This document shows positions 26,818 to 37,754 of a DNA stretch of 64,000 nt, piece by piece. Under the pieces are notes generated by a model that was not told where the DNA came from, searched no databases, and was given only the letters and a program-made list of their open reading frames with translations. The stretch's first letter is position 1. The number at the start of each line of letters is the position of its first letter. The stretch is from an uncultured virus (IMG/VR IMGVR_UViG_3300002220_000736). Its lineage: Duplodnaviria > Heunggongvirae > Uroviricota > Caudoviricetes. The position numbers and the translations under genes are program-made. The stretch lies in IMG/VR virus record IMGVR_UViG_3300002220_000736. One strand, written 5' to 3'.

Positions 26818-28567
26818 ATGAAATGGTTTATCGTTTACCAAATGGCTGTTGCTAAAAAGGATTATATAATTAACACGCAGACAATAGCAATGATAGCAAT
26901 TGTTAGGAGAGTGCTTGCTAATTCTAAGGAAGAAGCAATAGGAAAGTTTGTCACTAACACCAAAGACATTGAAGCTGTTGAAAAATTAGAAATTCAATGT
27001 GATGAATTATATTCGTTACGTACCATAGAATAATATGAAACGAACACGTGGGGCAATACTTCGTACACGAGGAAAAACATATACAGAAGCAGAAGTAAAG
27101 CAAATGATTCTGGACTTCTACATTGATCGGTTCAACCCAGCAAAAGGCGGGTTCTATGAAATGATTTACAACAATACAATTCCAAGATTAGATGATTGGT
27201 TTATTCAAAATAAAAAATAACTTTAAAACTAAAACAAAATGAAAACAATTTTTAAGTATCAGTTGGTTGTGGAAGATTCACAAACAATCAAAATTCCAAA
27301 AGGCGGTGATATCTTATCGTTACAAGTTCAGCATGGTATTCCTTGTTTGTGGATACTGGTAGATACGGAACAAAAAGAAAAGGAATCAAGAGTTTTTGAA
27401 ATGTATGGGACAGGGCATATTATTCATGATTATAACAAAAAGTATATTGGAACTTTCATAATACGAAAAGGTTTGTTAGTGTTTCACGTATTTGAGCGAA
27501 TTGAGTCATGAAAACATCTGCTCAATGGGTTCAGGAAAAAGATGTCTTTAGACTGACCATAACCGAAATGATAAAACGTGTACAACAGGATGCCTATAAT
27601 TGTGCTTTGACTGACGTAAACAAAAATGTGAAACTGAACGTCAACGGAAAAGCAAAAGGGAAACATGAACAAGTATATTCTCCAAGCAAGGGGGTAACTA
27701 ACATCACAATTGACGAACAATCTATTTTAGGATTGTGGAAAGATGAATAGAATCTGGCTTCCAGAATACCATAGCTTTGACATTTGTTCATCCTGTGGAA
27801 ATAGAATGTTTGGACAGTCTTTTCGGGTATGGATATATCCATACCCTGAAGATACTTCTATTTTGGAAAAGACAGATAGGAAAATCTGTGGTGGGTGTAA
27901 ACAAGAATTGGATAAACCTAATAAAAGAAATTATGAAAAACGTTGTTACATATATTTTAAGGGAAGAAGAAGGCGAAACTTTTCATTTAGTTTTGGCAAT
28001 CAGCAAGAAACAAGATCCCGAAATAGTAATCAAGAAATTGCTGGCATTAAAAAATAACACACTGCTACAAGGTGAAAAGCCTATTTCTTTAAAATTGATT
28101 CGTCCACGGATGCAGAAGTGTATGCAGCATGATTGGGCAGTGATGGGCAATGTGTACAAGTGCTTAGATTGTGGTGTGATAGGGAAGCGAGAAAGTCCAA
28201 TGCTCAAAATCAAACCTATTGACAAGGACAAAAAGTATAGGGATTGTAGCTGGAAATGTAAATTTTAAAATTAAATAATATGGAAAAAGGACAAGCAACA
28301 ACTAAATTTAAACTATATCTTAATTCGATTATACACAAAATCCCAGAAGATATTCATGATGAACTTTGGAATAACTTACTTCTTGTTATTGCAGAAAATG
28401 AAATATGCAAAGAAGAATTGAAGGTAACTGATTTATTATTAGAGGAACGACAACGTGTACTTGATGCAATTCCGGAATGCCCTTCTCATGGAAGTTGTGT
28501 TCCTCATGCGATTGAATGGATTGAAGAAATGAAAAATAAAAATGAGAACAGAAAAGAATTGGAATAG
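26818..28567 (+). CDS. Run of small hypothetical genes (26818-27033, 27035-27220, 27239-27511, 27508-27750, 27743-28057 uncertain, 27933-28268, 28280-28567)
   Basis: Tightly packed co-oriented ORFs; two carry CxxC motifs. Confidence 0.55.
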
Positions 28568-29096
28568 CATCAAGTGGAAATACCTTCCAAAGTTTCCACT
28601 ACGGGTACAGAAAGACCTTCAGCAGTTTGAAAGTCCAAAAACTACAATGGTTGAGGATAGTCTTTTCATATTTGGTGAAGTTAGAACTGGTAAAACTATT
28701 CTGGCTGCACAATATATGATGAACGAACTGAAAGACATTTATCTAAATGCTTATCCGGACAAGCACAACAAGACTATTTTTGTAAGCTTTCCGGATATGC
28801 TTGCAAATATCAAAAAAACATTCAATTCACCTAATCGAACTGAGGATGTGATGAACGTGTATATGAACGCTCACATGCTTGTACTTGATGATTTTATTAC
28901 TACAAGGCCAACTGATTGGGTGATTGAAATCATTTACCATTTGATTAACTATCGTTACGAGAATATGAAAAAAACTATCATTACCAGTAATTTTAGTTTA
29001 GATCAACTGGAAAATATTTTGCAGGATCAGCGGATTACAAGTCGTATCGAAAGAAGTTATATCAAAATAGAAAAACAGCCTTATGAAACCAAATAA
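28542..29096 (+). CDS. DnaC/IstB-like ATPase (helicase loader)
   Basis: GEVRTGKT, LVLDD, LINYRYE, TIITSN, RITSRI. Confidence 0.88.
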   Translation: MRTEKNWNSIKWKYLPKFPLRVQKDLQQFESPKTTMVEDSLFIFGEVRTGKTILAAQYMMNELKDIYLNAYPDKHNKTIFVSFPDMLANIKKTFNSPNRTEDVMNVYMNAHMLVLDDFITTRPTDWVIEIIYHLINYRYENMKKTIITSNFSLDQLENILQDQRITSRIERSYIKIEKQPYETK

Positions 29097-29644
29097 TGAA
29101 AAAGAAGTAAAAGAAGCTATTTTAAAAGAAGTCAATAAAATAGGAGAAGCTGAATACAAAAAAGCTAAAATTAGTCTTGGTTTTAGTTTTTGGTGGGTTG
29201 GTGGATTTGTTGCAGGGTATTTGTATCGTGTCACAGAAGTAATGAAACAACAAAATGGCAAATAGTAAACCAAAAGACGTTCCGTTCACAAAAATAGAAA
29301 AGGCTCATGTTTATCGCACCCTTACTGATGCTTTGATTTTTAATGCGTTTAATGTTGATGTGACGCAAGAATATGAAGAGCAACAATTTAGAGCTACATG
29401 CGATGTTTCTTTGTCATTACAAGGGGTGGTGACTTATGTCGAGGCTAAGCAGTTGCATGAAATAATGATTGATAATGAACGTGTTAGTTTTGATATAGTC
29501 ATAAAAAGAACGGATGTTATTGCGATTTTGAAATACGGTCAGTTCATTAAAATGAAAGGGAGTGGCCTTATTTCTGATATTAGTGTTAATATTGATTTTT
29601 GGACAATAGTAATTCGAGTGAACGGAAATATAAACATAGGATGA
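29083..29644 (+). CDS. Two hypothetical proteins (29083-29265, 29255-29644)
   Basis: Coupled ORFs. Confidence 0.55.
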
Positions 29645-31164
29645 TTGAAAGAAAAATATTGATAGGGTGTATAACATCCACAGAATTTTTAACTGAGGTT
29701 GAAAGTGAGTGGAACCCTATGTACATGGAAAACCGTGTGGGTAGGGTAGTGAGTGACTGGTGCTGGGAATACTTCAAGAAGTATGGAAAAGCACCAATGC
29801 AGGAAATAGAAACTATTTACCTGACTAAGCTAAAGAAAGGAATAGACAAAGAGTTAGCCAACGAAATAGCTGATGAATTTCTACCTACATTAAGCGAGGA
29901 GTATGAAAAGGAAAGAAACTCAACACACCTGATCGAAAAGGCAAGAGATTTTTTCATAGAACGACAACTCCAGATACATGTAGAATCTTTGGAGGTTTTA
30001 CTAGACAAAGGTAAAATAGACGAAGCTAAAAAACTTCATCAGGATTTTACCCTAATCGAAAAAATACCTGTCAAGGGTTTAGACCTTAGTTCTCCTGAAG
30101 CATTGATAAAAGTTCGTGAAGCATTTAATGAAAACTTTCAAAATGTTGTCAAATTTCCCGGTGCATTAGGTGATTTTATAAATGATGATCTTGTTCGTGG
30201 TGGCCTGTTGGGTATTCAAGCCCCAGAAAAACGTGGAAAAACTTTTTTACTTTTAGAGTTTATGATGCAAGCCTACATACAAAAAAGAAAGGTTGCATTT
30301 TTCCAAGCAGGGGATATGACCGAACTTCAGCAAATCATGCGAATTGCCATATATTTAACAAGCACATCTAACAAGGAAAAATATTGTGGTGTCCAATACA
30401 TACCTGTTCAAGACTGCATCAAGAACCAAAAAGATGTATGCAATAGAAAAATAAGAGAATGTGATTTTGGTTTATTTGGTGAAGAAATTGATACAAGAGA
30501 AGATATCACCAAAGATGAATTGATCGAAGCGTATGAAAGTAACCCCGATTACAAAGCTTGTCATAATTGCAAAGACTGGCTAAAAAACAAGTGGGGCACT
30601 CCGTGGCTTAAAAAGATTGAAGCTAAAAAACCATTGACCGAAAAGAAAGCATTGGTAGCGTGGCAAAAATTCTTCTCAGGAAATGAATCAATCAAACTTA
30701 TATCATTTCCAACGGGTACGCTGTCAACCAAAATCATAGACGATACTTTGGCTGGTTGGAAAAAAGAAGGTTTTGAACCTGACTTAAATTTAGTTGATTA
30801 TGGTGATATTGTGGAGTCTGACATCAAAGGTGAATTTAGACACATGGAAAATGATAAATGGAAAAAGTTTCGTGGTATGTCACAAAAAACTAATTCATTA
30901 TTTATTGTACCTACACAAACCAAAAGTTCAGCCTACAAAAAGAAAACAATTGATCTTGATGATTACAACGAAGATAAACGAAAGTACGCCCATGTCACGG
31001 CTATGTACGGTTTGAATCAAGACCCAGATGGAAGAGAAAAGAAATTAGGTATTTTGCGTATCAATAAAATACTTGTTCGTGAAGGTGATTTTATTCAAGG
31101 TGAGTGTGTCCACGTTTTGCAACATCTTTCAATGGGTAAACCATTTCTAGGAAGTTATTATTAA
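29641..31164 (+). CDS. Replicative DnaB-like helicase with Cys-rich insertion
   Basis: APEKRGKT, LVDYGD, VPTQ; likely start MIERKILIG. Confidence 0.85.
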   Translation: MIERKILIGCITSTEFLTEVESEWNPMYMENRVGRVVSDWCWEYFKKYGKAPMQEIETIYLTKLKKGIDKELANEIADEFLPTLSEEYEKERNSTHLIEKARDFFIERQLQIHVESLEVLLDKGKIDEAKKLHQDFTLIEKIPVKGLDLSSPEALIKVREAFNENFQNVVKFPGALGDFINDDLVRGGLLGIQAPEKRGKTFLLLEFMMQAYIQKRKVAFFQAGDMTELQQIMRIAIYLTSTSNKEKYCGVQYIPVQDCIKNQKDVCNRKIRECDFGLFGEEIDTREDITKDELIEAYESNPDYKACHNCKDWLKNKWGTPWLKKIEAKKPLTEKKALVAWQKFFSGNESIKLISFPTGTLSTKIIDDTLAGWKKEGFEPDLNLVDYGDIVESDIKGEFRHMENDKWKKFRGMSQKTNSLFIVPTQTKSSAYKKKTIDLDDYNEDKRKYAHVTAMYGLNQDPDGREKKLGILRINKILVREGDFIQGECVHVLQHLSMGKPFLGSYY

Positions 31165-31175
31165 AAAATATAAAT

Positions 31176-31403
31176 ATGAAAACATTTAAATTATTCAAAG
31201 AAGATAATCTTTTTGGAATTCAGGATGAAAATGGTATGGCTGTAGTTTATAATTTGCACCCAATTAAGGATGGGGCTATTGAGGAGTTAATTTATTTCCT
31301 TAGACTGAACAACACTGAGCGATTCCCATTTCTGTCATACAAACTAACAGAGGGTGAAATAATAAACATAGAAAATCAACTAAAAAACCAACAGATTGCT
31401 TAA
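31176..31403 (+). CDS. Hypothetical protein
   Basis: ORF track. Confidence 0.55.
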   Translation: MKTFKLFKEDNLFGIQDENGMAVVYNLHPIKDGAIEELIYFLRLNNTERFPFLSYKLTEGEIINIENQLKNQQIA

Positions 31404-31447
31404 AGCCATTTATTTTTACTTTAGGTTTAAAAAAGTGCCTTAAAATA

Positions 31448-31478
31448 GTTGTATTTATAAAAATAGGTGTTATATTTG
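31448..31478 (+). promoter_or_regulatory. Bacteroidota-type promoter
   Basis: GTTG, 19-nt spacer, TATATTTG (31471-31478). Confidence 0.7.
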
Positions 31479-31521
31479 CCCTTACAAATTAAATGCCCCC
31501 ACAAACAACCATAATATTACT

Positions 31522-31698
31522 ATGTTACAAAAACTAGGAATGAAGGATGGGCAGGGAAAAGACTTGTATCAACAAGTAACAATGATCAAGGATTCCAGCG
31601 GTTTTAAGAGAGTATTCGGTGAGGTGGGTACATTGGCCTACCTGAACACAGTACGTGCCGGAAAACCAAAGGAAACGACCGAAAAAGAAAAGCATTAA
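31522..31698 (+). CDS. Small hypothetical protein (58 aa)
   Basis: MLQKLGMKDG...EKEKH* hand-translated. Confidence 0.45.
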   Translation: MLQKLGMKDGQGKDLYQQVTMIKDSSGFKRVFGEVGTLAYLNTVRAGKPKETTEKEKH

Positions 31699-31765
31699 AA
31701 CGGGGGTATTCCCCAAATAGTAATAATCAATTATTTTTAATTTTAATCAGTAAATTTTATCGAAA

Positions 31766-32971
31766 ATGGCAAAAGAATTGAAGTTGACCAAAAAAATGCT
31801 GGTAGCAGCACACAATGAAATTGACGAAGCTATCAGTATCGAACCGCCTGTAAACGAAAAACTCGGACAGGATCAGTACGAAAAAGAATTGTATCATACC
31901 TGTATGGACAAGGATCAATTGGATTTGTCGCCTACTGAAATTTCAGGTTTTTCACAGGAAACTCAGGACGTGCTTGCTGCCTTGACCGCAAAATTCAAAA
32001 AAGGTAAGAAATCCGCTCCAGTCGTTGAAGACGATGAAGACGAAGATGAAGAGGAAGAAGAAATCGAAGAAGTTGACGAGGATGATGAAGACGAAGACGA
32101 AGACGAAGAAGAGGAAGAGGAAGAGGAAGAGGAAATTCCTGAACCTGTGAAAAAAGGTAAGAAAGCCGCTCCTGCTCCTGCTGCCAAAGCAAAAAAGGAA
32201 ACCAAAAAACCTGTTGTCGAAGAAGATGATGACGAAGACGAAGAAGACGAGGAAGAAAACGAAGTTTCGTTGTTCGACCAAATCAAAGCTGCACGGAAGC
32301 TTACCGATTTTCAGGCCATCGTAGCAACCGACAAAAAATTGTTCAAAGGTTTGGACAAGGAGAAAAATGTAATGGTTTTGAAAAAGAAAATGCTTGCGCT
32401 TGTCGCACCTGTTGAAGATGATGACGAGGAAGAAGAAGACGAACCTGTTGTAGTAGTTCCTCTAAAAAAGGAAAAGAAAGAAGCAAAAAAACCTGCTCCA
32501 GTTGTTGTGGATGAAGACGATGATGATGACGAGGAAGAGGAAGAAGAAGACGATGATGAAGAATCATTGGAAGATCAGATCAACGCTGCTGCAAAAGTTT
32601 CTGAATTGATCGGCATTGCTGCAACAAACGATGAATTCAAAAGGAAAATGAAAGACCTGAAGTTGATCAAAAAATCCTCAGAATTGAAAGCTGCCATGCT
32701 CACATTGATCGCTCCCAAAAAAGCAAAGAAAGCAAAGAAAGAAAAAGGTGAAAGCAAGCTGGGTGTGATCGCTTTTATTGCAAAGACCATTGAGGATTCA
32801 GGAAGCAAAGGAGTTACCCGTGACGAAATCTACGAAAAACTTTGCGCTTATTACCCTGAACGTCCGGCTGCTGGTATGTTGATTACTGTAAACGCACAAA
32901 TTTCCAACCGTATTTCCGGTTTGTACTGGCCGATTGAAAAGAACAAAAACGGAAAGTACGTTAAATCATAA
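31766..32971 (+). CDS. Highly acidic, largely disordered protein with two helical repeats and a C-terminal wHTH-like domain
   Basis: Long D/E tracts alternating with K/A/P tracts. Confidence 0.85.
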   Translation: MAKELKLTKKMLVAAHNEIDEAISIEPPVNEKLGQDQYEKELYHTCMDKDQLDLSPTEISGFSQETQDVLAALTAKFKKGKKSAPVVEDDEDEDEEEEEIEEVDEDDEDEDEDEEEEEEEEEEIPEPVKKGKKAAPAPAAKAKKETKKPVVEEDDDEDEEDEEENEVSLFDQIKAARKLTDFQAIVATDKKLFKGLDKEKNVMVLKKKMLALVAPVEDDDEEEEDEPVVVVPLKKEKKEAKKPAPVVVDEDDDDDEEEEEEDDDEESLEDQINAAAKVSELIGIAATNDEFKRKMKDLKLIKKSSELKAAMLTLIAPKKAKKAKKEKGESKLGVIAFIAKTIEDSGSKGVTRDEIYEKLCAYYPERPAAGMLITVNAQISNRISGLYWPIEKNKNGKYVKS

Positions 32972-33026
32972 GGTTAGTTGGTTTTTAGTTTAGTTAGGTT
33001 TAGTTAGGTTTATTTATTGTGTTCAT

Positions 33027-33059
33027 GGGAAAGGCTGTTCCACCAGTCTTTCCCTTTTT
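33027..33059 (+). terminator. Rho-independent terminator
   Basis: GGGAAAGGCTG/CAGTCTTTCCC + TTTTT. Confidence 0.8.
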
Positions 33060-33070
33060 ATACTATTTTT

Positions 33071-33433
33071 ATGAAAATTGCATACATAGCACACCCAATC
33101 GGAGGAAACGTCAAATTAAACCTGTTACGTATTAGACGAATAGTGCGACTAATCAATTTAGAAGAACCAGAAACTGTTCCATTTGCCCCATACTATGCTG
33201 ACTTAGTTTCTTTAGATGATTCTGATCCAGCAGAACGTGCTAGGGGTATAAAAAATGATGTGGCGTTATTCAAAAAATATTTCATTGATGAAGTTCGTCT
33301 GTATGGTGATCGAATCAGTAATGGGATGGATGATGAAATAAGGTTAGCGATATCAATTGGGATTACAGTAGTCCCTATGACAGATGAAACTAAAGCAGAT
33401 TTTTCTAAATATTGGCCAGAAATGGTAAAGTAA
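33071..33433 (+). CDS. DUF4406/nucleoside deoxyribosyltransferase-like protein
   Basis: AYIAHPIGG...DEVRLYGDRISNGMDDEI. Confidence 0.65.
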   Translation: MKIAYIAHPIGGNVKLNLLRIRRIVRLINLEEPETVPFAPYYADLVSLDDSDPAERARGIKNDVALFKKYFIDEVRLYGDRISNGMDDEIRLAISIGITVVPMTDETKADFSKYWPEMVK

Positions 33434-33434
33434 T

Positions 33435-34199
33435 ATGCTACTACGAAGAACAGGAAGTAAGAAGCGAATAGCTAAGCAAATAGAAACATATTTTCCAGAT
33501 CACACACTTTACGTGGAATTATTTTTTGGCTGTGGAGGAATGTTTTTCTCCAAAAGAAAAGCACAGTACAACATTGTGAATGATTTGAATGATGATGTAT
33601 TCAATTTGTTTCAGGTTGTTACCAGCCACAAAGACGAATTGATTGAAATTATGCAAATGATTCCAACACATGAAAGTTTACTTGATTATTGGAAACACAA
33701 CGAAGAAACGGAACCTGTAAAAAGGGCTGCACGTTTTTTATTTCTAAGTAATTACACATTATTTGGAAGTAGCAACTCACTAAGGTTTGGAAAGAAAGTT
33801 GTAGGAACTAACCTAGAGCCTAAGATTAAAAAAACTTACCACGCTTTATCCGGTGTTCAATTTACCCATTGCGATTTTAGGGATGTGTTGAAGAAAGTGG
33901 AAATTCTAAAAAGGGATAGGCGAAAAACATTAGTGTATGCTGACCCACCATATTTGTCCACGGTAAACAATTACAAGACAGGAAGTTTTACAGAAAAAGA
34001 TAGCTTAGACTTGTTTAACGTTTTGGAAGAAAATGGAACTAGGTGGGCTATGTCTGAGTTCGATCACCCATTTATTTTAGATCAGGCTAAACAAAGAGGT
34101 TTGAACGTGATTCAACTAGGAGAACGAACAAACATCAAGAACAAAAGAAATGAAATTTTAGTGACAAATTATAGTAATAAAACTAGATTATTTTACTAA
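33435..34199 (+). CDS. D12-class N6-adenine DNA methyltransferase (Dam-like)
   Basis: GSKK, YVELFFGCGG, VNDLN, YADPPY, EILVTNY. Confidence 0.9.
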   Translation: MLLRRTGSKKRIAKQIETYFPDHTLYVELFFGCGGMFFSKRKAQYNIVNDLNDDVFNLFQVVTSHKDELIEIMQMIPTHESLLDYWKHNEETEPVKRAARFLFLSNYTLFGSSNSLRFGKKVVGTNLEPKIKKTYHALSGVQFTHCDFRDVLKKVEILKRDRRKTLVYADPPYLSTVNNYKTGSFTEKDSLDLFNVLEENGTRWAMSEFDHPFILDQAKQRGLNVIQLGERTNIKNKRNEILVTNYSNKTRLFY

Positions 34200-34210
34200 C
34201 ACTTTTTATT

Positions 34211-34471
34211 ATGAAACAAATTGTTTTAATTATTCACAAAAATATTGCAGTGATTACTTGGCAAGACAATAACGAAGCCGTTGTTTTTTATTACATCATG
34301 TCGGATGACAACAGAAAAATTGAACCAGTTGATGCCCTAGATACCCCATGTGGTATCATGGATTACGCCAATGCTTATTGCAAAGCAAAAAGTCTGAATC
34401 AACAGAAAACAATGGAAATTATTTTAGCAAATATAAAAGAAGAAAATGAAAATAAAAACAGCAGAATTTAA
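34211..34471 (+). CDS. Hypothetical protein
   Basis: ORF track. Confidence 0.55.
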   Translation: MKQIVLIIHKNIAVITWQDNNEAVVFYYIMSDDNRKIEPVDALDTPCGIMDYANAYCKAKSLNQQKTMEIILANIKEENENKNSRI

Positions 34472-35459
34472 AAAAGCACTGGATATTGTAAAGCCGGGAT
34501 TAGGAAACTCAAACAAAGAAATTGTTGAGCAATCCGCTTCTTTTGCCTTTGTGGATGGGAAGGTTATTTCGTACAACGATGAAATCTGTATCTCAACCAA
34601 ACTATCTGATGCATCCATTGACGGGGTAGTAAAGGCTGAAGAACTTTTCAAGTTTATTGGAAAAGTAAAAGCAGCAGAATTTGAAATGCTCACAGAAGAA
34701 AATGAAATTGTATTGAAATCCGGTCATGCCCGTGTGGGGTTTGCACTGAACAAAGAAGTACTCCTCCCATTGGATGAAGAAGTTGCTAAAGTAGGTAAAT
34801 GGAGGAAGATTCCTGAAAACTTCTTAGAAGCTTGCAAGTTTGCATCGGCCATCGCCTCCACGAATATGACTGATCCAAAACTAACATGTGTCCACATCCG
34901 AAACGAAGGCATCATAGAAGCATCAAATAACTACCGATTGGTACAGTATGATTTGAAAGTTACTTTGCCAATACCAACAACACTTATTCCTGCAACTTCC
35001 ATAAGAGAAGTTTGCAAAGTAAAACCTACACATGTAGCTGAAGGTGAAGGGTGGATTCACTTCAAAGATGGAAACGGAACAGTTATTAGCTGTCGTACAT
35101 TTGAGGAAAAATATGTTGAAACAGATCGAATTGTTAAGTCTATTGGAAAAACAAAAAAGATTGAATTTCCGGATGGTTTGCTAAGTGTCATTGAAAAGGC
35201 TGAAATATTCGCCAAAGAACAACAAACCGATGGGGCTATCACTTTGGAATTTGGAAGTGGTAAGATTCTTGTAAAAAGTGAAAGCCTTACTGCATGGTTT
35301 AAAGAATCAATCAAGTACTCCGGTGAAGATGAATTCACGTTCAGAATCACGCCATACCTTTTGAAAGATATTTTGAAGCAAACAAATAAATGTGGAGTAA
35401 CCAAAAACATGCTGAAATTTGTTGGTGCTTCATGGATTTATATTACCTCAATCTCCTAA
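34446..35459 (+). CDS. Sliding clamp (beta-clamp-like processivity factor)
   Basis: 337 aa; YNDEICI, LTCVHI, ASNNYRL; context with Pol and clamp loader. Confidence 0.75.
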   Translation: MKIKTAEFKKALDIVKPGLGNSNKEIVEQSASFAFVDGKVISYNDEICISTKLSDASIDGVVKAEELFKFIGKVKAAEFEMLTEENEIVLKSGHARVGFALNKEVLLPLDEEVAKVGKWRKIPENFLEACKFASAIASTNMTDPKLTCVHIRNEGIIEASNNYRLVQYDLKVTLPIPTTLIPATSIREVCKVKPTHVAEGEGWIHFKDGNGTVISCRTFEEKYVETDRIVKSIGKTKKIEFPDGLLSVIEKAEIFAKEQQTDGAITLEFGSGKILVKSESLTAWFKESIKYSGEDEFTFRITPYLLKDILKQTNKCGVTKNMLKFVGASWIYITSIS

Positions 35460-35619
35460 TTAAAAAACCCCATGCCAGACAATTGTGAAAAATTAGTACA
35501 GGACTTTGCAGATTGGTGCAGAAGATACCCTAGTGATGAACTAAGTGACAATGATGAAGCTTGTCTTGATCAGTTTCTTGATTTAGAAAAAAGAGCCAAA
35601 CTATTAAAACCTAAAAAAG

Positions 35620-35850
35620 ATGAATAAGCAAAACAGAAAAGAGTTAGAACATGCTTTACTATTAATAGATGAAGCAAAAGGGATCGTTGAGCAAATCCGT
35701 GATGAAGAACAGGAAAAATATGATAATCTTTCTGAAGGTTTACAGCAATCAGAAAAAGGACAAAAATTTGAAGCGAACGCAAGTGATTTGGATGAGGCTC
35801 TTAATAACCTAGAAGAAGCTATTGGAAATGTGAACAATTCATTAGAGTAA
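35620..35850 (+). CDS. Small helical hypothetical protein
   Basis: EEQEKYDNLSEGLQQSEKG. Confidence 0.7.
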   Translation: MNKQNRKELEHALLLIDEAKGIVEQIRDEEQEKYDNLSEGLQQSEKGQKFEANASDLDEALNNLEEAIGNVNNSLE

Positions 35851-37103
35851 TGCAAGGATTCTTTTCCAAATTACAGACAGCTTCCATTGTTCGGCCAGAC
35901 GGTCGTAAAGTTTCATGTAATTCCTGTGGGTTGTACAAAAATCCACACTCACCAAAGATGACACCTTATGGTAACTTTGAAAAAGGAATTATGTGTATTG
36001 GGGAGTACCCTAGTGAAACTGACGATGTTAGGGGAAAGCCTTTTCAAGGAAAAGGTGGTCGATTGTTGAAAGAAACATTTGCTGAACTAGGATTTGACTT
36101 GTTCAATGATTGTGTTAGCCTTAATGCAATAAATTGCAGACCACTTGGAAAGGATGGAAAACTAGCAAAAGTAAAACCATTTGAAATTGAATGCTGCCGA
36201 AGGATTGTGCTTGCTGCCATTAACAAATATAAACCAAAGGTTATAATCCTATTAGGTGGTGATGCTGTACGTTCTGTAATTGGCAATAGATGGAAGAAGG
36301 ATTTAGGAAAGATTGACAAGTGGCGTGGATGGACAATACCAGATCAAGATTTAAAAACATGGATTTGCCCTGTATTTAGTGCTGATTTTGTAGAACTTTC
36401 ACAAAGTGGGAAAACAGCAAAACCGGAAGTACTGAATGTTTGGAAACAAGACTTAGGAAAGGCTTTAGGTTGTGTAAACGAATTAGACTTTCCATTATAC
36501 AAAGAACCAAACATTCATTACATTGATGAAACACGCTTAGATGTACTTGATTCAATTAAATCAGGAAAGATTGCATTTGACTACGAAGCAACCGGATTAA
36601 AGCCACATCAAAAAGGTCACAAAATTGTCTGTGCCAGTATCGCTACAAGCTTCGATGATGTTTACACTTTCATGATGCCAGCAAAAAGAAGTTTGAAGCA
36701 ACCATTTATCCGGTTGATGGAAGATGAAAATGTAAAGAAAATAAGCCACAACATGAAATACGAAAGAGGGTGGACGTTAAACATATTAGGAACCAATGTT
36801 AAAAATTGGTTTATGGATACTATGTTGGCTGCACACCTTCTGGATAATCGAACAGGAGTAACGGGCTTGAAATTCCAGACATACGTTCAGTTCGGTGTGG
36901 CAAGTTATGATGATTCTATTGTTTCATATTTAAAAGGAAAAGACCCTAAAAATGCAAATTCATTTAATACTATTTTAGAATTAAGCAAAACAAAAGAAGG
37001 GAAAAAAGAATTGTTACATTATTGTGCGTTGGATAGTATTTTTACAATGCGTTTACACCTACTACAAAAAAAGCAGTTAGATGAAATGTCTATACCTTTT
37101 TAA
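35850..37103 (+). CDS. DNA polymerase N-terminal part: family-4 uracil-DNA-glycosylase-like domain + 3'-5' exonuclease
   Basis: CNSCGL, IGEYP...PFQGKGG, NCRP; FDYEATG, HNMKYE, DTMLA, YCALD. Confidence 0.88.
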   Translation: MQGFFSKLQTASIVRPDGRKVSCNSCGLYKNPHSPKMTPYGNFEKGIMCIGEYPSETDDVRGKPFQGKGGRLLKETFAELGFDLFNDCVSLNAINCRPLGKDGKLAKVKPFEIECCRRIVLAAINKYKPKVIILLGGDAVRSVIGNRWKKDLGKIDKWRGWTIPDQDLKTWICPVFSADFVELSQSGKTAKPEVLNVWKQDLGKALGCVNELDFPLYKEPNIHYIDETRLDVLDSIKSGKIAFDYEATGLKPHQKGHKIVCASIATSFDDVYTFMMPAKRSLKQPFIRLMEDENVKKISHNMKYERGWTLNILGTNVKNWFMDTMLAAHLLDNRTGVTGLKFQTYVQFGVASYDDSIVSYLKGKDPKNANSFNTILELSKTKEGKKELLHYCALDSIFTMRLHLLQKKQLDEMSIPF

Positions 37104-37105
37104 TT

Positions 37106-37735
37106 ATGAAAATATTAAACTTATATGCAGGTATTGGGGGTAATAGAAAACTTTGGGGAACAGAACACGAAATAACTGCTGTTGAATTTGATGCAAGAAT
37201 AGCAGAAATCTACAAAGACTTTTACCCAAATGATACTGTTATAGTGGAAGATGCTCACCAATATCTTTTAGAACACTATAAAGAATTTGATTTCATCTGG
37301 AGTAGCCCCCCATGCCCTAGTCATTCTGGATGTAATTATTTTTTAAATGGTTCAGGGATTATACGATATCCTGATATGGGGTTGTACCAAGAAATAATAT
37401 TCTTAAAAACATTTTTCAAAGGCCGATACTGTGTTGAAAATGTTTCACCTTATTATGAACCTTTAATAAAACCACAAAAATTAGGAAGACATTGTTTTTG
37501 GACTAATTTTAGATTAAATAGAACAATACTTATCAGGGATAGTACAATAGGAAGAATGGGGCCCGTTAAAAGTTTAGGAGGAAAAAGTAGTCAAGGGTTA
37601 AATCACGAAAAGTTAGGGTTTGATCTTAGTAATAAAAAATACCCAAATAAAAAGAAACTTCTTAATAATTGTGTTGATCCTGAAATAGGTAAACTCATTT
37701 TAGAACAAGCTTTCCCAAAAACATTATTTTCATAA
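37106..37735 (+). CDS. Short C5-cytosine DNA methyltransferase
   Basis: LNLYAGIGG, SPPCPSHS, VENV. Confidence 0.85.
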   Translation: MKILNLYAGIGGNRKLWGTEHEITAVEFDARIAEIYKDFYPNDTVIVEDAHQYLLEHYKEFDFIWSSPPCPSHSGCNYFLNGSGIIRYPDMGLYQEIIFLKTFFKGRYCVENVSPYYEPLIKPQKLGRHCFWTNFRLNRTILIRDSTIGRMGPVKSLGGKSSQGLNHEKLGFDLSNKKYPNKKKLLNNCVDPEIGKLILEQAFPKTLFS

Positions 37736-37754
37736 TACAATTACCTTTCTGATC

